This document shows positions 1 through 10,843 of a stretch of DNA of 64,000 bases, one piece after another (the stretch's first letter is position 1; every line of letters begins with the position of its first letter). The stretch lies in assembly GCA_965240325.2 (NCBI GenBank), contig OZ251244.1:310001-374000 (forward strand). Reading direction: 5' to 3'. Origin of the DNA: Rebecca billardiae RCC1528 (taxonomy: Eukaryota > Protista > Haptophyta). The translations under genes were made by a program, and so were the position numbers. The notes under the pieces were generated by a model, which saw nothing but the letters and a program-made list of their open reading frames with translations, searched no databases and was not told the DNA's origin.

Positions 1-2
1 TG

Positions 3-389
3 GCCAACAAACTGCAGCCGCCAACGCCGCCAGTGGCAGCAGCTGCGGGCTCGGAGGACGCGCCTGCCGCGCACGCCGAGGCCAACGTGCTGGCGGGCGT
101 GGCGCGCCGGTGCGAGGACGCGCTGCTGGCTGCTCTGGACGTGGACAACTGCCTCGACCTGCTGCGGCACGCCAAGGTGGCGGGCGGGTGTGCTCGGCTG
201 GTGGAGGGCGTGCGCGAGCTGGCGAGGGAGGAAGTCAAGGCGATCGTGAAGCAGGAGCGCTGGGCCGCTTTCAAGCGCGACGACCCGGCCGAGGCGTTCG
301 AGCTGATGGAATTCATGGCCGTCGATTTGGCGGACGAGCTCGCGTCCAAGCGGCAGCGCATCCTTGATATGGCGGTACGACGCTCTTGA
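3..389 (+). CDS. 3' end of a probable BTB/POZ (BACK/BPM C-terminal-like) protein, 5'-partial
   Basis: Segment ARRCEDALLAALDVDNCLDLLRHA...L...I...W..F.......ELM matches the helical region that follows BTB domains (CE..L...L...N...LL..A). Confidence 0.6.
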   Translation, partial: ANKLQPPTPPVAAAAGSEDAPAAHAEANVLAGVARRCEDALLAALDVDNCLDLLRHAKVAGGCARLVEGVRELAREEVKAIVKQERWAAFKRDDPAEAFELMEFMAVDLADELASKRQRILDMAVRRS

Positions 390-682
390 GTTCATCTCGG
401 CCATCCGTTGCTCAGGCATGCGGTGCCCCGTCTTCGATCCGGTGGGCACTGTTCGCCCAGGTCTGCTGGCGCCAGAGCCCGGACATATGCGCATGCATGC
501 CCGCGTCACGTCGGCGGATCATCATTCGCGCGCATCAGCCGCCGCCTACTTGCTGTCTGATAATGTCTGGTCGCTTCCGGCGCGGACCTGTCGTATATAT
601 AAAAATATAATAAGACTACGACTGTACTACTAGTTATATACGACGATGATGACAGTTTATTGACACCGCGTATGACGATATA

Positions 683-1812
683 TCGCCAGGCGCGGCGTGC
701 GAGATGGCTCCAGCCAAGCTCGTCCTGCGTCGCCGGCGGCGGCGGCTCGCACGCGGGTGGCGCGTCGCGTGCACCGACCAACATCTTTCGGCAACTCGGC
801 GGTAAGCAACGCTCCGCATCGCGCCCCCTCGCGCTTCGGGCCACCGCCTCTTCTCTCTCTGTGTGCGTGCGCACCCTGTGGCTCTTCCGCACCCGCCCCG
901 ATCGCACCGTTCCCTCTTCGCCACATGCCTCCTCCTCCGTGGGTGCGCCCCCACGCGGATCGCTGCTCCATCTCTCCCGCCCTGCCTCGGGATCGCCCCG
1001 GTGCCAACGCCAGCCGGCTCCTACACAAGGACCGCTGGCGGCACACCGCGCGCCGGGCCCCGTGCGCACCCGCGGGCCATTCACAGCATCCGCAAAGGCC
1101 GTCTAGCCTTCTCCTGCTTCCGCAGCGCCGCGCCTCGGGGCCGGCTGCCTGCTATCTCTCCTATTCGGGTTCCGTCTCACTCGCACTGCCCCACCTGCCC
1201 AGCCCCCGCTGGCCGGCCCTCGTGCGTGCGCGACTCACACGTGCCTTGCCCCCTTTCCTTCCCATCACTCAATGGGATTCTCCTCCACGCGGTGCTCCCC
1301 AACACACCATGAAACGGGATCACTCACGCACCGCGTCTCGTCGACGGCGAGCGGCATGCCCACCGCATCTGCTGCCGCTCGCCAAGGCATGAGGACACGT
1401 AAATCCCACTGAGTAGGAACACACGCAGCCGCCTCGGCATCGACATGCCAGGCGGCGTGCCCACCTTCGGCCAGCAGTTGGCGTCGGCGTTCACGAGGAC
1501 GGCTAGACGTGGGGTTATTGGTACAATAACTGATTGTCTAAGAGGACGACAAGAACGCCGGGCGCCAGCGCCGCTCATCAGCCACATCGCCCTCTACCAG
1601 ACCATCGCCTCAAAGGGCGCTGCTCCCGGACAAACAGTCTGTCCGGGTTGTTCTGCCGCCCAGGAGATCGATTTCCGGCGCCGGCCTCTGCCGCCTGCTT
1701 CGCCAGGCGCGGCGTGCGAGATGGCTCCAGCCAAGCTCGTCCTGCGTCGCCGGCGGCGGCGGCTCGCACGCGGGTGGCGCGTCGCGTGCACCGACCAACA
1801 TCTTTCGGCAAC
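683..1812 (+). repeat. 113-bp direct repeat (683-795 and 1700-1812)
   Basis: Identical string tcgccaggcgcggcgtgcgagatgg...catctttcggcaac occurs twice. Confidence 0.9.
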
Positions 1813-2129
1813 CCGCCCACCCAGGGCCCGTTGGTCTGGTGCTCGGGCGGCGGGATCACAACACCCGCCGTCCGACCGCCCGGTCTTGCGGCGCTGCACT
1901 TAGGGCTCATGTGACCCCCTGCCTCCCAACACGATTGGGTTTTTCAGGTTAGGTCCCCAGCAGTGCTGCTCCCGGGCGGTCAGGTGGAGGTTCAGTCGAC
2001 GAGTCCGCAGGCGCTCAGCCTTCCGTCAGCGGACGTCCGCGCGGGATCACTCACGCACCGCGTCTCGTCGACGGCGAGCGGCATGCCCACCGCATCTGCT
2101 GCCGCTCGCCAAGGCATGAGGACACGTAA
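1315..2129 (+). repeat. 88-bp direct repeat (1315-1402 and 2042-2129)
   Basis: Identical string cgggatcactcacgcacc...gaggacacgtaa occurs twice. Confidence 0.9.
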
Positions 2130-2618
2130 GCAGCTTGGACGACGCAGCTCGAGAGCCGCCAAGCCGCACGACAGCGAGGCACGAAGGACATCGCGCACAG
2201 GGCGCCTCGAAGCTGCGGGCCGCCGGAAACAGCTGCAGCCATCAGGACAGTGGGCGCTTCCGACGGGTGCTCGCTGCGAGTGAGCGGGAGGCATGCAGCA
2301 GCGACGGTAACGGTTGGCTCGGCGCCTGATGAAAAACCCAGTTCACGAATTGGCCGTCCTGACCGCCATGCCAACCATGCCTAGTTAGCCTATGGCCCAG
2401 GAGCAGCGCAGTGAGTAGGTCGTTCTAGGCCGCCGTGCGTGCACACAGAGCACGGGCTCGAAAGTCCCTTGTGGCACGAGAAGAGGGTAGTGGCCAAGAT
2501 GGCAGCCGGACTTGAGCTCGGCCGCCTGGCTCAGGGTGAATGGCAGGCAGGTGTTGATACGGCGCATTGCGCTCCCACCGTCCTCTTAGACAATCAGTTA
2601 TTGTGCCAATAACCCCAC
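1509..2618. mobile_element. ~1.1-kb non-autonomous TIR element
   Basis: 40-bp inverted repeats at 1509-1548 and 2579-2618 (gtggggttattgg(t/c)acaataactgattgtctaagaggacg, 1 mismatch). No clear TSD and no transposase ORF. Confidence 0.65.
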
Positions 2619-2717
2619 ATATATGCTATATATATGTGCTATATATAGCATATATATATATATGCTGCATATATATATATATATACGCGCATATATTTAA
2701 GATGTCGCCGTCGCCGA

Positions 2718-2753
<36 letters not shown>
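2619..2753. repeat. Interrupted (TA)n microsatellite
   Basis: Visible TA runs. Confidence 0.9.
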
Positions 2754-2756
<3 letters not shown>

Positions 2757-3084
2757 GAATAAATAAATCACTATACTATATTTATACGACGACGCTATAC
2801 TACGCGACGCGATGGCTGCGCTATACGACGACTGTGACGCGATGATGCGAATATAATCGGCCGCCTGATGCTGCTGCATGCTGCCAACGGCGGTGCGCCG
2901 GTGATGCGGGACAGCGGCCAGCGGGTGCCGTCGGACGTCTCGTCGGACGACTACGCCAGTCGCGCGCGCGGTCGACGCGAGTCGCGTCGCGTCGTCGGAC
3001 GCCGCTGACCGAGCCTGCCGGGCACGTGCGCACTGCCGCGCGGCGAGTACGACGACTCGCATCGCCGTGTCACCGCGTAGCGCG

Positions 3085-5142
3085 TCAGGCGACGTAGTTG
3101 CCGTCGTCGTCATACCCGTACTCGTACCCGTACCCGTACCTGTCGTACCCGTCGTCCGGCCCCGCGGCGTCGTCGTCGTCGTCGCAGCCGTAGTAGCCAA
3201 AGTTGGGGGGCAGCGCAGGCGGCGGCGACGCGGCCGTGCCGCCGCCGCGACGGCTGCCGAGGCCAGCGGCGGCGGCGGGCCCCTCGTCGGCGCGCGCGCT
3301 CCGGCCGTCAGCGCTCGGCGCAGCAGCACCGGCTGGCTGCGCCGCGCCCGCCTGCACCGGGTGCGTGTGCTCCGCTGCTGCGCACGTGCCGTGCTGCGCC
3401 GAGCGCGCGGGCGGCTGCTGGGCCCGCCGGCTCCGCGCGAGGCACTTGTCCGCGAGGTCCACCACCTTCCACGCGCGCCGCGCGACGAAGCCCTCCGCGT
3501 CCGCGTGCGCGCCGCCGCCCTCGCCGCCCTCGCCTCCGCCCCCGCCCTCGGCGCGGCACGCTGTGCAGTGCCGCACAAAAGCCTCAGCAAGCCGGTGGCC
3601 GACGGAGCGAGCGACCGCGCGGCCGAGCGGGTCCGACTGGGGCAGGGCGTGGGCCGTCGCGAGGTACGAGACGGCGAGCGCGCGCGCGCGCCGGGCCACC
3701 TCCTCGTGCTCCGCCCCGCCCCGCCCGCGCGGCCGGCCGCCGTGATGCGGCGCGCTGGCAGCGGCAGCCGCGCCATGCTCTAGCTCCGGGGAGCTTCGGC
3801 TCTGCTCCGTGCGGCCGGGGCACGACGCGTCCGCTAGCGCGCGCGCGCTCGGAGTCGTTGGGCCGAGGCGTGCGCGGGCGGCGGTGGGCGTGGCCGCGCC
3901 CACGGAGGGCGCCCCTTCGCAGCACGCGCCGGCAGCGGGCTGGGCCAGCGGCCCGGACGTGCCGGGTCGGGCTGAGCCGAGCGTCGGAGCGCGCGGCGCC
4001 GGGGCAGTGCCGGCGCCGGCCGCCGTGGCGCCGGGCGGCGGCGCCGGCCGCGGGCCACTGGTCCGCGCCGCGCTCGCGTGCGCGCACCCGGACCCCGCCA
4101 GCTGCCCGCCCTCCCAGTGCGGCGCGGCGCCGGCCGAGCCCGGCGACCTCGCCGCCCCGCCGCTGCCGGGGGCTGTGCGCGGCGGCGTGCGCACGCGAGG
4201 CGCGCTCATCGCAGGGTCGTGAGCGGTGGTGCGCGCGAGCGGCGCGCGCGCCCGCGGCGCGTGGGCGTCGGCGGCGGCGTGCTGGGATGGGGACGTGGGC
4301 GTGTCCGAGCCGACGCTGCTGCCGGCACCGCGTGGCGGCGTGCCTCCCACCGCCGGCGAGGGCCGGCGCTGAGCGGCGCCCGTACCGTTACTGGGCGCGC
4401 GCGCCGCATCGGCTGCGGCGTGGCCGGCGGCCGCCGGCGCTGCGGCCGCGGGCGCCGGCGCCGGCGCGCGCGCGCGCTTGGGGATGCGGAAGCGCGCGCC
4501 ACCGCGGTCCGGCGCGCGCGCCGCGCGGAGCGCTCGCGTCGCCTGCGCCGCCTGCGCGGCGGAGCGCCGCATCGCCTCGCACCACGGGCAGTACCAGTCG
4601 CCCTCCGGCACGGCGTGCAGCGGCGTGGGCAGGCAGAAAAGATGCCACAGGTCGTCGCACCGGTCGCAGCAGAGGAGCAGGCCGGGCGCGCGGCACGCGA
4701 CGCAGACGCCCGCCGCGTCGTCGTCCTCGTCCTCGGGCGCCGCGCCGCGCGGCGCACTGCCGTCCGGGCCCTGCCGCTCGCGGTCCGGGAGGACGTGGAT
4801 GAGTCCTGTGAGCTCGTCCCGCACGCGGTTGAAGCGCGCGGCGCAGAACGGGCAGCGGTTGGTGGCGGAGCGCGCCCAGCGGAGGATGCACCGCGTGCAG
4901 AAGGGGTGGTCGCACGTCTCGAGCACGCCGCGCCCGCTCTCCGCCACGGGCTGCAGGCAGATGCCGCACGAGCTCCCCGGCAGCTCCTCCTCCTCGTCCT
5001 CGTCCTCGGCGTCGCACGCGCGCCGCACGCGGCGCGCGGCCCGCCGCCGCGCGCGCCACATGCGCCAGGGGACGATGGGGTCCTCGTCGGCATCGGCCTC
5101 CGCAGCGTGGCGCGGCTCGCCAGCGTGCGCGGCCGCGGCCAT
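3085..5142 (-). CDS. RING-finger + PHD-finger protein (PHRF1/SCAF11-like)
   Basis: C3HC4 RING CGIC...CDHPFCTRC...CPFC followed by PHD CVAC...LLCCDRC...WHLFC...EGDWYCPWC; long low-complexity linker; helical C-terminal region. Confidence 0.85.
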   Translation of the reverse strand: MAAAAHAGEPRHAAEADADEDPIVPWRMWRARRRAARRVRRACDAEDEDEEEELPGSSCGICLQPVAESGRGVLETCDHPFCTRCILRWARSATNRCPFCAARFNRVRDELTGLIHVLPDRERQGPDGSAPRGAAPEDEDDDAAGVCVACRAPGLLLCCDRCDDLWHLFCLPTPLHAVPEGDWYCPWCEAMRRSAAQAAQATRALRAARAPDRGGARFRIPKRARAPAPAPAAAAPAAAGHAAADAARAPSNGTGAAQRRPSPAVGGTPPRGAGSSVGSDTPTSPSQHAAADAHAPRARAPLARTTAHDPAMSAPRVRTPPRTAPGSGGAARSPGSAGAAPHWEGGQLAGSGCAHASAARTSGPRPAPPPGATAAGAGTAPAPRAPTLGSARPGTSGPLAQPAAGACCEGAPSVGAATPTAARARLGPTTPSARALADASCPGRTEQSRSSPELEHGAAAAASAPHHGGRPRGRGGAEHEEVARRARALAVSYLATAHALPQSDPLGRAVARSVGHRLAEAFVRHCTACRAEGGGGGEGGEGGGAHADAEGFVARRAWKVVDLADKCLARSRRAQQPPARSAQHGTCAAAEHTHPVQAGAAQPAGAAAPSADGRSARADEGPAAAAGLGSRRGGGTAASPPPALPPNFGYYGCDDDDDAAGPDDGYDRYGYGYEYGYDDDGNYVA

Positions 5143-5367
5143 GATGGCGGCAAGCCCTGCTCACCGACGACGGCCGGCGGCGGCCATGCTGATGAACTGG
5201 GCGTGGGTGCCAGCGATCACATGAGCACGAACTGAGTGTTGAGAACTCGCTCGAAATGGCGCGTCCCACCGTCGGTGTGACAGCCTCGCGCGCTGCCACT
5301 CCGCACGCTGGCCTGCGGCACCCGCGCTCTAGGTATACACTGCTATAGATATACATACACCACGCGC

Positions 5368-6330
5368 CTACAAGAACTGCCAGTACGCGTCGATGTCCTC
5401 CTGCGGCACCTGCGCCCACGTGGGCGACTCGTTCAGCCGAAGCGTCACCGCCGTGTCGGCGCGCGGCCGCGAGGGAAGCCCGCGCCGCGGCACGAGGGGC
5501 GAGAGCAAGAAGGCGCGGACGTAGCCCGCCTGGCCCCACTCGTTCACCGCGCTCGCGATGAAGTCGAGCTTCTCGATGTACATCTGCTCCGTCAGCTTGA
5601 ACGAGCCAAACCCGAGCGCGGGGCCGTAGATATTAACCGCCACCTGCCGATTCGCCTGGCCGAAAGGGGAGAAGGTCTGCAGCCCGATGTCGTGGTACCG
5701 CTGGTACTTGTTGAAGGTGAGCTCGGCGAGCTCGCGCCCCGTGAGCGGCGCGTCGCCCGCCGCGGCGTCCACGCCCGCGAGCATGCTCCCTCCTGAGCCC
5801 ACGCCCGGCAGCTCGGCCGCCGAGTCCTCTGGCAGCGCGGTGGAGGCGTAGGAATCGAATGTGGTGGCAGAGCCCTTGAGCCCGCCCCAGGAGAGGGTCG
5901 AGCTGTCGAAGTCGAAGGGCTTGCCGCGCTCCTCCTCGGAGCGGCGGTCGGGGTTCCACTGCTTGTCGCGCTTGCCGTAGATGAACTGGTGTGGCCGTCG
6001 CGCGTTGGGGCGGCGGCGGGGGTGCAGCCAGGGCGCGCGCGCTCCGGCTGAGCTGTGCGCGAGTGGCCGCGCGCCCCGAGCCTCGGCTCGGGGGCGCGCG
6101 CACGCGAACACGCCGAGGGGCACGCCCAGTGCGCGCACCTCCCACATCTCCTCATCCACCGCCTTTGTGAGGCGCGACCACCAGCCGCCATCGCCCGCGG
6201 CGTCGCCATCGGCGGCCCGGATGCATGCGCGGGGGCGGGTGTGCGCGGTGCTGCGCGCAAGGGGCTGGAGTGCGCTCCTGCTCGCGCCCACCGCGGCGGC
6301 GAGGAGCGCGGCGACAGCTAGTCGGATCAT
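5368..6330 (-). CDS. Plastid-targeted DUF3067-family protein; exons 6330-6139 and 5985-5368
   Basis: Leader MIRLAVAALLAAAVGASRSALQ (signal plus transit-like). In-frame GT-AG intron 6138-5986. C-terminal LTGRELAELTFNKY..YHDI...SFKLTEQMYIEKLD.IA...NEWG...VR.F...RPR...AV.LRL matches DUF3067. Confidence 0.8.
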   Translation of the reverse strand: MIRLAVAALLAAAVGASRSALQPLARSTAHTRPRACIRAADGDAAGDGGWWSRLTKAVDEEMWEVRALGVPLGVFACARPRAEARGARPLAHSSAGARAPWLHPRRRPNARRPHQFIYGKRDKQWNPDRRSEEERGKPFDFDSSTLSWGGLKGSATTFDSYASTALPEDSAAELPGVGSGGSMLAGVDAAAGDAPLTGRELAELTFNKYQRYHDIGLQTFSPFGQANRQVAVNIYGPALGFGSFKLTEQMYIEKLDFIASAVNEWGQAGYVRAFLLSPLVPRRGLPSRPRADTAVTLRLNESPTWAQVPQEDIDAYWQFL

Positions 6331-6444
6331 CGCGAGGGTATCGCGGGCGCCAGCAGCGAGTGCCAGCGACAGTCCGTTGGCGGGCACCTTCGCTCGGCTG
6401 CCCGGCGTTCTGCCCGGACTGGAAGGTGAAGGCGTGATCGCGCG

Positions 6445-7935
6445 ATGGCCCCCCGCAACGAGCACGCACCGCGCGCACCGTGTCTCGCGGACATGCCGCC
6501 CGAGGTCATCGAGCGCATACTCGCGGGCGTGTCCGATCTGTGCACACTGATGGCAGCCAACGCTACCTCTCGCCTCTTCCGCGGCGCGCCGGGCGGCCGC
6601 TCGCCGGTCGAGCACGCGCTGCGCGAGCGCGCGCGCGCGCGCAGTCACGAGCGCGCTCTTCCGGCCGCGCTGCCGCCCCACGTGTGCAGCTGGACGTCCG
6701 AGCTGTTCGCTCGCGAGGGCGTGCTCCAGCTGGCGCGCGCGCACCGCCATGTCGTCGCATGCAGCCGGGCGGCTATTGGCACTACCCTCTTGCTGAGGGG
6801 CTCTACCCTGTCGCTGAGTGCGTTTGTGGATGCGGAGGGCGGGCTGCACACATGCGGTGAGGAGGAGGAGCTGGACGAGGACGACGAGCCGACGTGGCTC
6901 TACCGCGTGCACGAGGCGCTGGGCCAAGGAGCCGCGCGCGAGGTGCGTGTGCCCACGCGCGTCGCCTCGCTCAGCGCCGTGCGCGTGGTCGCGGTGGCAG
7001 CTGGCAGCTGGCACCTGCTCGCGCTGAGCGAGGCCGGCACCGTGTACGGCTGCGGCGAGAACGGCAGCGGCCAGCTGGGGATGGGGGACACGCTGACGCG
7101 GGACAGTTTCGCCGAGGTTGGGTTTCCTGCGTGCGAGTACGTCGTGGGGATTGCCGCTGGCTCAGCGCACAGCCTCGCGCTCACCGCCGCTGGCTGTGTG
7201 TACAGCTGGGGCTACAACCACTACGGCCGGCTCGGCCACGGCGACACGCAGCAGCGGTGGGAGCCGACGCGCATCGAGGCGCTGGACGGCGTGCGCATCG
7301 GCGGGCTGGCCGCAGGGGATGCGCATACGCTCCTGCTCTCGCTCGATGGTACTGTCTACTCGTGTGGCCGGGGCCGCTTTGGCCGGCTCGGCCACGGCGA
7401 TGAGAAGCATCGGCGCACGCCGAGGCGCATCGAGGCGCTCGCGGGCGTGCGCGCCGTGCACGTGAGCGCGGGCAGTGAGCACAGCCTCGTGGTGAACGCA
7501 GCAGGCAGTGTGCACTCGTTCGGTTTCGGCTCTAGAGGCCAGCTCGGACACGGTTGCTTCGGGCGGGGTGCGGTGCCAGCTCGCATTGAGGCCTTGGCAG
7601 GCGTGCGCGCGGTGCGCGCGTGCGCTGGCTGCTGTGGTAGTGCAGTCATGTGCGCGGATGGCAGCGTGTACACGTTTGGGGACAACCGGCATGGCCAGCT
7701 CTGCGCACCGGCAAGCGACGGGTGGCAGATTCTGCCGGCCCGTGTGCAGGCGCCCGAGCTCGCGCGTGTGCTGGACTGCGCGCTGTGTGAGACCCACGCG
7801 CTGTACGTCACCTCGGACGGGAGCGCGTACGCGTGCGGCTTGCAGTCGGCTGCGCTCGGCCTCGACGTGGCCACTGAGGAAGAATGCGTACACTCACTCG
7901 CGTGCATCGAGCAACTGCCGAGCCTGGGCTGCTGA
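6445..7935 (+). CDS. F-box-like + RCC1-repeat protein, copy 1
   Basis: N-terminal LADMPPEVIERILAGV..L..L....TSRLF (F-box-like); repeated AG..HSLAL...G.VYSWG.N..G.LG.GD RCC1 units. Confidence 0.85.
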   Translation: MAPRNEHAPRAPCLADMPPEVIERILAGVSDLCTLMAANATSRLFRGAPGGRSPVEHALRERARARSHERALPAALPPHVCSWTSELFAREGVLQLARAHRHVVACSRAAIGTTLLLRGSTLSLSAFVDAEGGLHTCGEEEELDEDDEPTWLYRVHEALGQGAAREVRVPTRVASLSAVRVVAVAAGSWHLLALSEAGTVYGCGENGSGQLGMGDTLTRDSFAEVGFPACEYVVGIAAGSAHSLALTAAGCVYSWGYNHYGRLGHGDTQQRWEPTRIEALDGVRIGGLAAGDAHTLLLSLDGTVYSCGRGRFGRLGHGDEKHRRTPRRIEALAGVRAVHVSAGSEHSLVVNAAGSVHSFGFGSRGQLGHGCFGRGAVPARIEALAGVRAVRACAGCCGSAVMCADGSVYTFGDNRHGQLCAPASDGWQILPARVQAPELARVLDCALCETHALYVTSDGSAYACGLQSAALGLDVATEEECVHSLACIEQLPSLGC

Positions 7936-8155
7936 GCCGCTGCTGGGGGGCATGCCGCAGAGGCACGCGAGGATGGCTAACGTGTGAACGCACGACGTCG
8001 TCCTGTAGTGTGCGCTAGCTCTGCCAATATTCCCTGCGCCAACGAAGCAGTATGATAGCTACACGAGTGGGCAAGAGTCCTGCGGAGTCCGGTGTCTATG
8101 GGAGTCCGTTGGCCAGTGCACGACCGCGCACGACGACCAGTGCGCGATATTGAAT

Positions 8156-9646
8156 ATGGCTCCCCGCAACGAGCACGCACCGCGCGCACCGGCGGCGCCG
8201 TGCCTCGCGGACATGCCGCCCGAGGTCATCGAGCGCATTCTCGTGGGCGTGCCCGAGCTCCGCACACTGATGGCGGCCAACGCTACCTCTCGCCTCTTCC
8301 GCGGCACGCCGGGCAGCCGCTTACCGGTCGAGCACGCGCTGCGCGAGCGCGCGCGCGCGCGCAGGCACGAGCGCGCTCTTCCGACTGCGCTGCCGCCCGA
8401 CGTGTGCAGCTGGTCGGAGGAGCTGTTCGCTCGTGAGTGCGCGCTCCAGCTCGCGCGCACGCACCGCCATGTCGTCGCGTGCGCGCGCGCGGACAATGAA
8501 GGCTCTCTCGTGCTGAGCGCGTTTGTGGACGCGGAGGGCGGGCTGCACACGTGCGGCGAGGAGGAGGTGTGGGACGCGGGCGCAGCCGACGTGCTGGAAA
8601 CCAATTATGTCAGGCCTTCGGCGCTGGGCATTCACCACTTGCTCGACGTGCTCGTGCCCACGCGTGTCGCCTCGCTGCGCGCGGTGCGTCTGGTCTCGGT
8701 GGCAGCTGGCGCTGCCCACCTGCTCGCGCTGAGCGAGGCCGGCACCATGTACGGCTGCGGCGAGAACGGGCGAGGCCAGCTGGGGATGGGGGACGAGGAG
8801 TGGCGGCTCACTTTCTCCAAGGTTGGAATTCCCACGTGCGAATACGTCTCGGTGATTTCCGCTGGCTCAGCGCACAGCCTCGCGCTCACCGCCACTGGCT
8901 GTGCGTACAGCTGGGGCTTCAACGGCTACGGCCAGCTCGGCCACGGCGACTACAAGGACCGGTGTCAGCCGATGCGTATCGAGGCGCTGCGCGGCGTGCG
9001 CGTAGGTGGGCTGTGCGCAGGAAGCCGGCACACGCTGCTGCTCTCGTTGCGTGGTGATGTATACTCCTGCGGCTGCAACATGGCAGCCCAGCTTGGCCAC
9101 CGCGAGCGTGATCAGCACACGCCGAGGCGCATCGAGGCGCTCGCGGGCGTGCGAGCCGTGCACGTGAGCGCGGGCGACTACCACAGCCTGGTGGTGGACG
9201 CGGAGGGTGGCGCGTATGCGTTCGGGTCAGGATCTGGAGGTCAGCTCGGGAATCCGTCTGTGCCCACTCGCATCAAGGCACTGGCAGGCGTACGCGCGGT
9301 GCGCGCATGCGCTGGCTGCTGTGGTAGTGCAGTCATGTGCGCGGATGGCAGCGTGTACACGTTTGGGGACAACCGGCATGGCCAGCTCTGCGCACCGGCA
9401 AGCGACGGGCGGCACATTCTGCCGGCCCGTGTGCAGGCGCCCGAGCTCGCGCGTGTGCTGGACTGCGCGCTGTGTAAGACCCACGCGCTGTACGTCACAG
9501 CGGACGGCGCTGTGCACTCATGCGGTGAGCAGTCGGCTGCGCTCGGCCTCGGCGTGAGCGCTGATCACGGGGTGAGCGTTGAGGACGGGGCTGATGGCGT
9601 CCACTCGCTCACGCGCATCGAGCAGCTGCCGCGCCTGGGCTGCTGA
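8156..9646 (+). CDS. F-box-like + RCC1-repeat protein, copy 2
   Basis: Paralogue of 6445-7935 with the same MAPRNEHAPRAP start and the same architecture. Confidence 0.85.
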   Translation: MAPRNEHAPRAPAAPCLADMPPEVIERILVGVPELRTLMAANATSRLFRGTPGSRLPVEHALRERARARRHERALPTALPPDVCSWSEELFARECALQLARTHRHVVACARADNEGSLVLSAFVDAEGGLHTCGEEEVWDAGAADVLETNYVRPSALGIHHLLDVLVPTRVASLRAVRLVSVAAGAAHLLALSEAGTMYGCGENGRGQLGMGDEEWRLTFSKVGIPTCEYVSVISAGSAHSLALTATGCAYSWGFNGYGQLGHGDYKDRCQPMRIEALRGVRVGGLCAGSRHTLLLSLRGDVYSCGCNMAAQLGHRERDQHTPRRIEALAGVRAVHVSAGDYHSLVVDAEGGAYAFGSGSGGQLGNPSVPTRIKALAGVRAVRACAGCCGSAVMCADGSVYTFGDNRHGQLCAPASDGRHILPARVQAPELARVLDCALCKTHALYVTADGAVHSCGEQSAALGLGVSADHGVSVEDGADGVHSLTRIEQLPRLGC

Positions 9647-9939
9647 GCCGCTGCTTGCAGCTTGGAGGGGGTATGTGGCGGGATGCGTTCGATGGCGGAC
9701 CATGGATACCGCGGCACAGTGGTCACAGTGGAGTTGGACGGCGGCCTCAGCAGTGATGTGCGCTAGCTGATGACGATCGAAGGCAGCCAGGCTCGCCGTC
9801 TCGCGCTGTGTAGTGTGTCACAGCGCAAGATTCCGGGTAAGTGTCCGCGACTCGGGTAGTGTCCTCCGAGTCCGGTGCGGCGGTGCCTATGGGAGTCCGT
9901 TGGCCAGTGCACGACCGCGCACGACGACCAGTGCGCGAT

Positions 9940-10843
9940 ATTGACACTGGCCCACAGGGGGGGGTTCCGAATTGGTCCCCCGACCTCGGGCTCGATGGCT
10001 GCCGCACGTGCGTGCCCAGCGTGCCTCGCGCGTGTACGTGCACGGTAGGGCGTCCCGACAGCGGCGGGGTGGCGTAGATGGTCGCATGGGAGGTGCATCC
10101 GTGTGTCGGAGACGTCTCGGCGCCTCGGTGGCGTGCCCACACCTCTCCTTGTCGCCGCTTGCCTGCTGCGTGCTCGGCCAGCCGTTTGGAGTGCACGCCT
10201 GCACGTGCACGGCCAGTGTCGGGCGGATCGAGCCGTAGCGAGTGTGCTTGCGGGTACTCCCACCCGATGCGGCTCTCTGCCGCCGTCGTAGTAGCTCTCG
10301 TGCATCAATCCCAAGCCGTGCACTCCAACCCACGACGTGTTCAGTGTTGTCATGGTGGTACACCACATGCTGTCCAGTTTTATTTTCAAATAGCGCATTT
10401 CTGATGCGATTCCTGGGCAATGTTCGCGAGCATGTTGGGCGCATGCCCGACTAGATTCGGCAGGTTCCAGGACACGCGCGAGGGCTTGCGACGGCGGCAG
10501 AGAGCCGCATCGGGTGGGAGTACCCGCAAGCACACTCGCTACGGCTCGATCCGCCCGACACTGGCCGTGCACGTGCAGGCGTGCACTCCAAACGGCTGGC
10601 CGAGCACGCAGCAGGCAAGCGGCGACAAGGAGAGGTGTGGGCACGCCACCGAGGCGCCGAGACGTCTCCGACACACTGATGCACCTCCCATGCGACCATC
10701 TACGCCACCCCGCCGCTGTCGGGACGCCCTACCGTGCACGTACACGCGCGAGGCACGCTGGGCACGCACGTGCGGCAGCCATCGAGCTCGAGGTCGGGGG
10801 ACCAATTCGGAACCCCCCCCTGTGCAGGTGGGCCAGTGTCAAT
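9940..10843. mobile_element. Foldback-type element: ~350-bp inverted arms (9940-10288, 10489-10843) around a ~200-bp spacer
   Basis: Arms are near-perfect reverse complements. Flanks match the uninterrupted upstream region of RCC1 copy 2 (…gcgcgatattga / atggctccccgc). Confidence 0.85.

Noticed and set aside
6331-7014. Upstream part of the 548-aa minus ORF 5368-7014
   Set aside because: It is antisense to RCC1 copy 1; the real gene starts at the signal-peptide ATG 6330.
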